Assembly (NCBI GenBank): GCA_037385265.1
Contig: JARRNG010000004.1
Coordinates: 1 to 36,860, forward strand
From: Nitrospirota bacterium
Lineage (GTDB): Bacteria > Nitrospirota > Thermodesulfovibrionia > Thermodesulfovibrionales > JdFR-86
DNA: 36,860 nucleotides
Direction of reading: 5' to 3'
Made by a program: the position numbers and the translations under genes. A model generated the notes under the pieces. That model did not search any database and was not told the origin of the DNA. It worked only from the letters and a program-made list of their open reading frames with translations. This document shows positions 28,186-36,043 of the stretch, one piece after another (within the stretch, counting starts at the first letter, position 1; every line of letters begins with the position of its first letter).

Positions 28186-28802
28186 CGGGCCGCCTTCATC
28201 AGGAGGTTGTGGAAGTACCTGACCACTTCGTCGCCCTCCAAGGTGCCCATATGCTTGGCCCAGAGGATATCGAAGAACCTCGAAAAGAGCTCCCTGAGGT
28301 TTCCCTCGGCGAAGTGGTTCCAGGCCGGGCCGTTCCGGTCGCTGAAACAGATGAGGAGGTACGTCCCTCCGGGTTTCAATACGCGCCGGACTTCGGATAT
28401 GTATTTGGCCCTGTCCTGGGGAAGCACGTGGTGGAAACAGCCGCTATCGAGGACGAAGTCGAACTCCGAGCTCGCTTGGGGCAGGTCTAGGAAGCTTCCC
28501 ACCCTGAAGTCTATCTCCACGCCCGCCCTGCGGGCCGCTCCCTCGGCATACCGCACGGCCGTGGACGATATGTCCATTGCCGAGACGGCGAAGCCCTTCC
28601 TGGCGAGATATATGTCGTTCGTGCCGGCACCGCAGCAGGTGTCGAGGGCCCTTCCTGGCGCAACCAGGACCCCCTCGACCACCTCCACCAGGGCCTCCCT
28701 GGGCTTGCCGCGCTCCCAGGGAAGCTCCTTCAGGGGATGCCGCCTGTATATCTCTTCCCATTCCTCGTAATCGGACAACCGGGGCCTCCTTCCTAATGCC
28801 AT
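28182..28802 (-). CDS. Class I SAM-dependent methyltransferase
   Basis: LPW, ALDTCCGAG, MDIS, FDFVLDSGCFH and LKPGG motifs; start chosen at ATG 28802 behind GGAG (28817 also possible); GTGA overlap with the next gene. Confidence 0.88.
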   Translation of the reverse strand: MALGRRPRLSDYEEWEEIYRRHPLKELPWERGKPREALVEVVEGVLVAPGRALDTCCGAGTNDIYLARKGFAVSAMDISSTAVRYAEGAARRAGVEIDFRVGSFLDLPQASSEFDFVLDSGCFHHVLPQDRAKYISEVRRVLKPGGTYLLICFSDRNGPAWNHFAEGNLRELFSRFFDILWAKHMGTLEGDEVVRYFHNLLMKAAR

Positions 28803-28877
28803 TATATTTCTCTCCATGAAGAAATTACAGCGGAGCGGGAGGCCCCGGAGGGACTCCTTTCGCAATGGGAGGAGTTC

Positions 28878-28931
28878 TTGACAAAGGCGTTCCCCCGCCG
28901 CTATGATATATGAAAATGAATATCAGTATCA
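28878..28931 (+). promoter_or_regulatory. fur promoter (TTGACA-18-TATGAT) and Fur box
   Basis: GAAAATGAATATCAGTATC at 28912-28930 matches 15/19 positions of GATAATGATAATCATTATC and lies between the -10 and the SD. Confidence 0.8.
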
Positions 28932-28940
28932 GGAGATGAG

Positions 28941-29384
28941 ATGGCCGCGGACGCCAAGTCGAGGTTCGAGCAGTTTTTGGTGGAAAGAGGCCTCAGGATG
29001 ACCCCCCAGAGGAGCCTAATAGTCGATGTGTTCCTCAAGACCGAGCGGCACGTGAGCAGCGAGGACCTCTACAGCCTGGTGAAAAGGAAGGACCGCGCGG
29101 TAGGGCAGGCCACTGTCTACAGGACGCTGAAGCTCCTTTCGGAGTCGGGCATCGCGCGGGAAGTGGACTTCGGCGAGGGGTTGACCCGCTACGAGCATGA
29201 ATACGGCCACGAGCACCACGACCACCTGATCTGCGAGCGTTGCAGGAAGAGCATAGAGGTGGTGGACCCGCGGATAGAGGAGCTCCAGGAGAAGCTCGCC
29301 CGCGACCATGGGTTTGTGATGACGAGCCACAAGCTCGACATTTTCGGCCTCTGCGCGAAGTGCCGGGCCAAGGGAAAGAAATAA
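28941..29384 (+). CDS. fur: Ferric uptake regulator family transcriptional repressor
   Basis: TPQR, ATVYRTL, HHDHLIC-x2-C and C-x2-C motifs. Confidence 0.93.
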   Translation: MAADAKSRFEQFLVERGLRMTPQRSLIVDVFLKTERHVSSEDLYSLVKRKDRAVGQATVYRTLKLLSESGIAREVDFGEGLTRYEHEYGHEHHDHLICERCRKSIEVVDPRIEELQEKLARDHGFVMTSHKLDIFGLCAKCRAKGKK

Positions 29385-29440
29385 GGAAGAATTTAGAACC
29401 TCCGGGCCGATTGCAGCATATCCCCCTGGCGCGGCTGTCC

Positions 29441-29463
29441 ATGGGATTCCGATGGGATTCCGA
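29441..29463 (+). repeat. 11-bp tandem direct repeat ATGGGATTCCG x2
   Basis: atgggattccg-atgggattccg-a in the fur-DUF502 intergenic region. Confidence 0.7.
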
Positions 29464-29538
29464 CCCCTTTTGAGAATTAACACCCACGTATTACTCGAGT
29501 TTAGGTAAAATAATCGAAATCCGCCAAAGGAGATTCCC

Positions 29539-30075
29539 ATGAGACAGCTCAGCAAATATTTTCTGAACGGCCTTGCCTTTCTGGTGCCGGTGGTTGCCAC
29601 GGTCTACGTCATATACGCCATATTCGTCCGCATAGACAGGCTCTTCGACTTCCCTGTGCCGGGCATGGGCTTTCTGCTCACACTTGTAGTGATAACCGTC
29701 GTTGGCTTCCTCACCTCGAATTTCCTCATGAGGTGGGCCGCCCGCGTGGTGGACGAGACGATGAGGCGGCTCCCCCTCGTGAAGATGATCTACTCCGCCA
29801 TAAAGGACCTGATACACGCCTTTGTCGGGGAGAAGGGGAGCTTCCGGAGGCCCGTGGCGGTATCCCTGGGCGGCGGGGTCCAGGTCCTGGGTTTCATGAC
29901 CTGCGACAGCCTTGATGGTTTCGGCCTCAAGGACACGGTGGCGGTCTACCTGCCCCAGTCCTATAATTTCGCCGGCAATCTCATCATGGTACCGGCGGAG
30001 CAGGTCACGCCCCTGGACGCCGACAGTGGAGAGATAATGGCTTTCATAGTATCAGGGGGAATTTCATCGAAGTGA
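29539..30075 (+). CDS. DUF502 family membrane protein
   Basis: FLNGL...P, two TMs, R-x-PLVK-x-IY, AVYLPQSYNFAG and FIVSGG motifs. Confidence 0.88.
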   Translation: MRQLSKYFLNGLAFLVPVVATVYVIYAIFVRIDRLFDFPVPGMGFLLTLVVITVVGFLTSNFLMRWAARVVDETMRRLPLVKMIYSAIKDLIHAFVGEKGSFRRPVAVSLGGGVQVLGFMTCDSLDGFGLKDTVAVYLPQSYNFAGNLIMVPAEQVTPLDADSGEIMAFIVSGGISSK

Positions 30076-30078
30076 GGC

Positions 30079-31338
30079 CTACGCCCTCTGGTAGTTCACG
30101 CCCTTGTCTTCGCCGGCTATCTTGAAGAGGCCGTCGCCGCCGATGAGCTCCCTCAGCCTCTCGCGGTCGAGGTGGCAATAGAAGACCGGAGCGAGATACC
30201 CCCCGCCGGCTTCGCCCCCGCTTACGAACTTGCGGAGCGAAGCGTCGGCCTCGATAACCCTGGTGACCCCAAGTTTCCTGTAGAGCCGGATGTGCGTGTT
30301 CACGACCACCTCGTCGGGACGGACCTCGCGGAAGAGGTCGAGGGCCCTCGATGTATCGCTCTCGCTCTCGCGGGGGACGCCGGCCAGGAGGTCCACGGCG
30401 GTCCTTATCCCCGCGTCCCTCGCCCCCCGCACGATGTCTTCGATGCCCTTCCGGTATCCGGCGTCCCTTGGGAGGGAATCGACCGAGAGGGTTATCAGGT
30501 AAGCCCCTGACTTCCTCAGGAGCTTCATTAGCTCCGGCGGGGAGTCGCCGGGCTTCATGTAAAGGGCCCACCGGAGCCCCAGGTCCTCCCCGGCCATCTC
30601 CCTCAGGAATTTGAGCGAGTAGCCGAGGTCCTCGTTGAACTCGGAGTCGCAGAGGTGGAGATCCCTGAATCCCGATTCGACGAGCGCCCCGAGCTCCGCA
30701 ACCACCTCCCGCGGCTCGCGGAAGGCCACGGGCCTCTTAGCTTCCATGCAGTAGGCGCACGACGAGGAGCAGCCCCTGTGCGTCTCGAAGCCGTGGACGC
30801 CGCCCTCGGCAACGTAGGCCGCGTAGTCGAAGTCTTTCTCCCTGCGTGTGAGCGCCGACGGCGCCGAGGGGCTGCCGACCACAACTCTCCCTTTGAAGGG
30901 GCTCAGAGCGTGTGGCTCTCTAAGGATGGGGGCCAGGGCGCTTTCGCCGTCTCCGCAGACGGCGACGTCGGCGCCTACGTAATCCAATATGGCTTCGGGG
31001 TCCGCCGAGAGGGCCGAGCCGCCCATGATTATCTGCGCCGGGGTCAGCTCCCTCAGGTAGGCCACGTAATCTCTCACCTCGGGGAGGAAGTACTCGGTCT
31101 CCGGCCAGAGCACGGTGTCCACGTTCCGGATGGAGAGGCAGATGGCCTCGGGCGCGAAGTCGCTCACCGCCCTCGCAATGTCGGACTTCGGGCTCTCAGA
31201 AAAGCACAGGTCCAGCACCTGGACCTCGAACCCCTCGCGCCTGAGCGAACTTGCCAGATACTCGACACCGAGGGGAATTACCGGGGGAAACCGATACCGG
31301 TTGGTGCTGATGAAGAGAACTTTCCGCAGGCCTGCCAT
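30079..31338 (-). CDS. Cobalamin-binding radical SAM protein
   Basis: N-terminal B12-binding domain (PLG-x2-YLA, SIRNVD, GG), then ETHRGCSSSCAYC (Cx3Cx2C) and DSEFN. Confidence 0.88.
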   Translation of the reverse strand: MAGLRKVLFISTNRYRFPPVIPLGVEYLASSLRREGFEVQVLDLCFSESPKSDIARAVSDFAPEAICLSIRNVDTVLWPETEYFLPEVRDYVAYLRELTPAQIIMGGSALSADPEAILDYVGADVAVCGDGESALAPILREPHALSPFKGRVVVGSPSAPSALTRREKDFDYAAYVAEGGVHGFETHRGCSSSCAYCMEAKRPVAFREPREVVAELGALVESGFRDLHLCDSEFNEDLGYSLKFLREMAGEDLGLRWALYMKPGDSPPELMKLLRKSGAYLITLSVDSLPRDAGYRKGIEDIVRGARDAGIRTAVDLLAGVPRESESDTSRALDLFREVRPDEVVVNTHIRLYRKLGVTRVIEADASLRKFVSGGEAGGGYLAPVFYCHLDRERLRELIGGDGLFKIAGEDKGVNYQRA

Positions 31339-31385
31339 GGGGTTATTTTAATCAATCCCGGCCTGCGCGGGAAAGCCGCCTGGTG

Positions 31386-31743
31386 TCAGGGCTTGAGAAT
31401 TCTCTTCCTTTCCTCGAACTCCTCTTTGCTTATTTCACCGCTGGCGAAGCGCCGCCTGAGAATCTCTTATTTCACCGCTGGCGAAGCGCCGCCTGAGAAT
31501 CTCCATGGCGGTATCCTCTGTATGAGCGGGCCTTTCATGGCTCCTGGAGCTTACGGCGAGCCACCGGATAAGGAAGATTATCCCCACTATCACGGCCACC
31601 CAGAAGACGATCATTAGAATGCCCCAGAGCCCACCGCCGTAGCCGCCCATGCCGTAGCCGCCCATGCCGGGGCCCATGCCCCAACCGCCCCAGCCGCCCT
31701 GGACATGGGGGTAGATATTTTCTGCTGCTGCCAAAACGTTCAT
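31386..31743 (-). pseudogene. Gly/Met-rich TM + SHOCT domain protein, frameshifted by a 37-bp tandem duplication
   Basis: Removing one copy of the repeat restores ...MEILRRRFASGEISKEEFEERKRILKP* (106 aa), a canonical SHOCT ending; as assembled the ORF stops at 31435. Confidence 0.8.
31429..31502. repeat. Perfect 37-bp tandem duplication
   Basis: cttatttcaccgctggcgaagcgccgcctgagaatct at 31429-31465 and 31466-31502. Confidence 0.95.
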
Positions 31744-31763
31744 GACTCCTCCATCAGGCGCCA

Positions 31764-31795
31764 GGGGAGACGGGTTCCGGGGAACCCGCCTCCCC
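31764..31795 (-). other. Strong intergenic hairpin (about 14-15 bp) without a U tract
   Basis: GGGGAGGCGGGTTCC-CC-GGAACCCGTCTCCCC on the minus strand, between the ZraP-like and SHOCT genes. Confidence 0.6.
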
Positions 31796-31807
31796 CGCGC
31801 GCTGTAA

Positions 31808-32302
31808 TCACTGGCTGTACTTTTCGTATATCTGCTTATTGAGGTTCCAGATGTCCCCGCGCAGGCTATCGAGTTTCTTCTGGTCGGGCTGCGGCTTTCT
31901 TATCTCTTCCATGTAGTCGAACATCTTCGTGTTGAGCTCTCGCCTCATGTCCTTGGTCTCGTCGAGGAACTTCTGGTTCATGGGGCCGTATCCGGGGCCC
32001 ATGCCGTAGCCGCCCCAGCCGCCCATCATGCCAGGGCCCATGCCATAGCCGCCCATGCCAGGGCCCATGCCGTAGCCGCCCCAGCCGCCCATCATACCGG
32101 GGCCCATGCCATAGCCGTGCATGGCGCCGGGGCCAGGACAATTGTAGCCCCATCCATGGCCCTGCTGCTGTCCCTGCTGCTGCCCTCCGCCGTATCCTTG
32201 GCCTTGTTCCATCATTCCGGGACCCATCTGTGCCGCGGCCATTTCGTGGGTTACCACGAGGGTAAGGGCAACCACCATAAATACTATCAATATCCTCTTC
32301 AT
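31808..32302 (-). CDS. Periplasmic Met/Gly-repeat protein with ZraP/Spy-like helical C-terminus
   Basis: Signal peptide, GYGMGPGMM repeats, then QKFLDETKDMRREL...PDQKKL-x2-L-x2-DI; SD AAGGAGG. Confidence 0.8.
   Translation of the reverse strand: MKRILIVFMVVALTLVVTHEMAAAQMGPGMMEQGQGYGGGQQQGQQQGHGWGYNCPGPGAMHGYGMGPGMMGGWGGYGMGPGMGGYGMGPGMMGGWGGYGMGPGYGPMNQKFLDETKDMRRELNTKMFDYMEEIRKPQPDQKKLDSLRGDIWNLNKQIYEKYSQ
31995..32126 (-). repeat. 66-bp (22-aa) near-perfect coding tandem repeat, GYGMGPGMMGGWGGYGMGPGMG
   Basis: Units start at 31995 and 32061 (gggcccatgccgtagccgccccagccgcccatcat...). Confidence 0.85.
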
Positions 32303-32327
32303 CGCTGATAGCCTCCTTTAGAAGCAC

Positions 32328-32383
32328 TATAAATTTATACGCTGCTCCCACGCAGAATTTACCACAAACGCGACTAATGTCAA
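32328..32383 (-). promoter_or_regulatory. Promoter TTGACA-16-TAAATT plus downstream palindrome TATAAATTTATA for the ZraP-like gene
   Basis: -35 at 32383-32378, -10 at 32361-32356 with TG extension; perfect 12-bp palindrome at 32328-32339. Confidence 0.55.
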
Positions 32384-32387
32384 GGCG

Positions 32388-32846
32388 CTATTTTACGCAC
32401 TCCTCCAGTTCCTCCTTCAGGTATTTTTCATAGCAATTCCAGCATACGCCGTGGGTGAAGTCGGCCTCCGAGCGGCTGGCTATGTAGTGCTCGATTTCAT
32501 GCCATTCGCCTTCGCCTTTTTCAGTGCCCGTGTCGTCGCGGATCTTCTTGCAATAGGAGCATATCGGAAGCAGGCCCTCAAGGACCTTGACTTTCCGCCT
32601 CTCCCGGGTAATGACGTTGAGGTGGAAGACTATGGCCGCGCCGACGAGCGCCCCCAAGAGGGCGAAGAAGAAGGCCATTGGCAGGTGGTGGACGCTGAAG
32701 GCCTTAAACACCCTGCTCAATTCCACCCCGCTTATCGGGTGGACAAGGCCCTGAAAGACCATGGACAAGGGATGCACAAAAAACAGCCCCAGAACGAATC
32801 CGGCCAAGCCGCCCGTGAGGTATCTCTTGAGGTCCACTCGTTCCAT
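32388..32846 (-). CDS. 2-TM membrane protein with C-terminal four-Cys domain (GLLPICSYCKKIRDD...HGVC-x2-C)
   Basis: Two hydrophobic segments followed by the LLPIC-x2-CKKIR / (S/T)HG-x-C-x2-C module that is usually a tail on PAS/receiver signalling proteins. Confidence 0.8.
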   Translation of the reverse strand: MERVDLKRYLTGGLAGFVLGLFFVHPLSMVFQGLVHPISGVELSRVFKAFSVHHLPMAFFFALLGALVGAAIVFHLNVITRERRKVKVLEGLLPICSYCKKIRDDTGTEKGEGEWHEIEHYIASRSEADFTHGVCWNCYEKYLKEELEECVK

Positions 32847-32881
32847 CGCTTGATGAAACTATGGCGGATTGGTGTGAATAT

Positions 32882-33964
32882 TTAATGAAGATGCGCCGCT
32901 TTCGCGACGCCTCCGGGAGGGGGCAGGACTATCCGTGCTTTGGTAGTCTTTCCTTCGGAGAGGAAGGCCGTTTGATAGCCCGTCCCGGAGCCGCCGCGGG
33001 AGGCCGAAAGATACCAGAGGGCGGTCACCACGCTGTATTTCGGGAATTGTAGCCGGGCGAAGCCCCCGGAGCCGGTCTCAAGGGCTATCTCGTCGGCCAC
33101 CGCCCTTACCTCGGGGGAATTGTAGTTGCCGACAAGCCTTACCACGGCCCCGCCCACGGGCGAGCCCAAAGAGTCCACCACCTCGACTTCGAGGGCTGTG
33201 CCGTCCTCCATCAGCTGCATGGAGTTGTTAATCCAGTAGCGAAGCAGGGCCCTGTCCCGCGCTGGAATCCGAGGGGGCCAGGAGTGGAGCTCGTCCTTGC
33301 TGCCTCCGAGCCAGAGGGAGGCGTGGAGGAGTATCCTCTCGTAGAAGGGCCGGATCTTGAACTGCCTTGCTATCGGGCGCTCGGGCTCACTTGTGGCTCC
33401 TTCAGGGTCGTACATTGGCATGGGAAGGCCCCAATTGAGGGCCAGCCCCTCTTCGAAGAACCTGGGCGGTCTTCGCCAGTCGAAGTAGTCCCTCTCCAGC
33501 TTCCGCATTATTGCGCTCCGCTCGGGATGACCCGGCCAGATTCGGCGCTGCTGCGGGGGAGGCATCCCCCGGGGCCAGCAGCACTGGCCGTCCCTGAGGG
33601 TCTCCCCTTTTTGTATCTGCGGCGGGCCTTCGGCATACACGAGCTCGTGGTAGCTCCAGAAGGCGTTCTTCTTGTTCCTGGGGTCGATGAGCCCCAGGGC
33701 GAACTTCTCCAGCCCCTCGGCTATGGCCTCGAACCCGCGGATATGGCACTTGACGCACTCGTTTCTCGTGAAGATGGGGTGGATGTCGTCAACCCACGTT
33801 ACTCCGGGCAGGGAGCCCTCGTGCAGGGTATCGGGCACGTACGCGTCTTCCTCGGGAGGGACCGGCTGGGGAAGCCCCGGAGGCCGCACGAAATAAAGCG
33901 CGGCCAGAAGAGCGGCTATGAGTATTATCAGCGCCAGTCCTGCTCTGGAGTTCGCCTTTCTCAA
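32882..33964 (-). CDS. Membrane-anchored c-type cytochrome-like protein (single CxxCH, PSCyt1-like pattern) with C-terminal beta-sandwich
   Basis: N-terminal TM; V-x-W-x2-DI-x-PIF...CVKCH...PG-x-PE-x-S...MP...YWI; starts 1 nt after the copB stop. Confidence 0.65.
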   Translation of the reverse strand: MRKANSRAGLALIILIAALLAALYFVRPPGLPQPVPPEEDAYVPDTLHEGSLPGVTWVDDIHPIFTRNECVKCHIRGFEAIAEGLEKFALGLIDPRNKKNAFWSYHELVYAEGPPQIQKGETLRDGQCCWPRGMPPPQQRRIWPGHPERSAIMRKLERDYFDWRRPPRFFEEGLALNWGLPMPMYDPEGATSEPERPIARQFKIRPFYERILLHASLWLGGSKDELHSWPPRIPARDRALLRYWINNSMQLMEDGTALEVEVVDSLGSPVGGAVVRLVGNYNSPEVRAVADEIALETGSGGFARLQFPKYSVVTALWYLSASRGGSGTGYQTAFLSEGKTTKARIVLPPPGGVAKAAHLH

Positions 33965-33965
33965 G

Positions 33966-36035
33966 TTACCCCTCCGGGACGTCCTTCCTTATCTTCAGGA
34001 ACTTTGCGTTAACGGCCACTATCACGGTGCTCAGCGACATTAGCACCGCCCCCATGGCGGGACTAAGGAGTATGCCGTATTTATAAAGCACTCCTGCCGC
34101 AAGGGGGATGGCGAAGGCGTTGTAACCCGTGGCCCAGGCGAGGTTCTGGACCATCTTCGCGTAGGTGGCCTTGGCCAGGCCGATTATGGCCACGGCGTCA
34201 AGGGGGTTGCTCTTAACAAGCACTATATCGGCCGTCTCCACAGCCACGTCGGTGCCCGCCCCGATGGCGATGCCCACATCGGCCTGGGCCAGCGCGGGGG
34301 CGTCGTTTACCCCGTCGCCGGTCATGGCCACCACCAGGCCCCTGGCCTGCACCTCCTTGACCTTCTCGGACTTCTCCTGGGGAAGCACTTCGGCGAAGTA
34401 GTCGTCGAGGCCCAACTCCTTCGCGACCCACCTGGCCACGAGCTCGCTGTCGCCGGTGAGCATCATGCACTTGATGCCCATGTCCTTGAGCGCGGATATG
34501 GCCTTCTTGGACTCCTCCCTGATGATGTCGCCCAGGGCCAGGGCGCCAGCAACCTTTCCGTCCACGAGCACGTAAACCACTGTCTTGCCCTGCGAGGAAA
34601 GCTCGTCGAGCCTTTCCTCAGTGGCCTCCATGCTGTTTTCTCGGAGGTATGCCGGGCTGACCACCATGACCTCCTTGCCCTCGACCTTGCCCCTGGCGCC
34701 CTTGCCAGTTATGGACTCGAAATCGGAGACCTTGTAAGTGTCCTTCGCCGAGGAGGTGATGCCCTTGGCTATAGGGTGCTCGGAGTGGGCCTCGACGCTT
34801 GCGGCCAGCTTGAGTATCTCATCCTCGGAGTACTCGCCGCCGAGGCTGAGGATGTCGCTGACGCCGAAGCGCCCCTCGGTGAGGGTGCCCGTCTTGTCGA
34901 AGATTATGGCCTGGATGTTCCTGGCCTTTTCGAAGGCGGCGCGGTTTCTTATTAAAAGGCCGTTCTGGGCGGAGAGGGCCGTGGAGACGGCCACGACCAG
35001 CGGAACGGCAAGCCCGAGGGCGTGGGGACAGGTGATGACCATCACGGTCACAGTCCGCTCCAGCGAGAAGGCGAAGTCCCTTCGCGCGAGGCCAAGCCAT
35101 ACGAACAGCGTCAAGGCTCCCACGCTTATGGCCACTACCGTAAGCCAGAAAGCGGCCGTGTTGGCCAGGTCCTGCGTCCTGGACTTGCTCTCCTGGGCCC
35201 GTCTGACGAGGTCTATGACCTGCGAAAGGAAAGAGTCGGCCCCGGTCTTCTGTATCTCCACAGTCAGGGAGCCCTCGCCGTTTATGGAGCCGCCGATGAC
35301 CTTGTTGCCTTTAGCTTTCTCCACGGGCTTCGACTCTCCGGTGAGCATGGCCTCGTTGACCGAGGTCTTGCCCTCAACGATCTCCCCGTCCGCCGGGACC
35401 TTTTCGCCGGGCTTGACGAGCACCCTGTCGCCGCCTTTGAGCTCGTCGAGGGGCACGTCCTCGGCGCTGCCGTCCTCTTTCAGGAGGTGGGCCTCTGATG
35501 GGAGCAGCTTGGCGAGCTCTCCAAGGGCCTTCGAGGCGCCCATCACGGACTTCATCTCTATCCAGTGGCCCAGGAGCATGATGTCTATAAGAGTCGCCAG
35601 CTCCCAGAAGAAGACCTTCCCCGCAAGGCCGAAGACCACCGCCGAGCTGTAGAAGTAGGCCACGGAGATGGCCAGGGCTATGAGGGTCATCATGCCGGGG
35701 CTCTTCTTCCCCAACTCGTCGAAGAGGCCCTTGAGGAAGGGCCAGCCGCCGTAGAAGAAGACGAAGGAGGAGAGGGCGAAGAGGGCGTACATGTCGCCGG
35801 GGAAGGCGAGGCTGAAGCCCAGGAACTTCTGTATCAGGGGAGAGATTACGAGTATGGGCGTCGTGGCGGCAAGGGATATCCAGAACCTCCGCCTGAAGTC
35901 CGCCACCATGTGGGCGTGGTGGCTCTCGTGGCCCCCGTGTCCTCCTTCTCCCCCATGGCCCTTATGCCCGGCGTGTCCCCCGTGGCTTTCGTGTTCTTCT
36001 TTGATGGGTTCGATTCTATCACCGTTTGATATCAT
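33966..36035 (-). CDS. copB: Copper-translocating P1B-type ATPase (CopB / P1B-3 type)
   Basis: His-rich N-terminus; TGES, CPHALGLA, DKTGT, SEHP, GDGVNDAP, YN and MSLST motifs. Exact start uncertain. Confidence 0.93.
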   Translation of the reverse strand: MISNGDRIEPIKEEHESHGGHAGHKGHGGEGGHGGHESHHAHMVADFRRRFWISLAATTPILVISPLIQKFLGFSLAFPGDMYALFALSSFVFFYGGWPFLKGLFDELGKKSPGMMTLIALAISVAYFYSSAVVFGLAGKVFFWELATLIDIMLLGHWIEMKSVMGASKALGELAKLLPSEAHLLKEDGSAEDVPLDELKGGDRVLVKPGEKVPADGEIVEGKTSVNEAMLTGESKPVEKAKGNKVIGGSINGEGSLTVEIQKTGADSFLSQVIDLVRRAQESKSRTQDLANTAAFWLTVVAISVGALTLFVWLGLARRDFAFSLERTVTVMVITCPHALGLAVPLVVAVSTALSAQNGLLIRNRAAFEKARNIQAIIFDKTGTLTEGRFGVSDILSLGGEYSEDEILKLAASVEAHSEHPIAKGITSSAKDTYKVSDFESITGKGARGKVEGKEVMVVSPAYLRENSMEATEERLDELSSQGKTVVYVLVDGKVAGALALGDIIREESKKAISALKDMGIKCMMLTGDSELVARWVAKELGLDDYFAEVLPQEKSEKVKEVQARGLVVAMTGDGVNDAPALAQADVGIAIGAGTDVAVETADIVLVKSNPLDAVAIIGLAKATYAKMVQNLAWATGYNAFAIPLAAGVLYKYGILLSPAMGAVLMSLSTVIVAVNAKFLKIRKDVPEG

Positions 36036-36043
36036 AGTGAAGG

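Noticed and set aside
31429-31502. 37-bp repeat as a CRISPR remnant or insertion target-site duplication
   Set aside because: The copies are directly adjacent with no spacer or element between them, the unit is coding sequence, and there are no cas or transposase genes.
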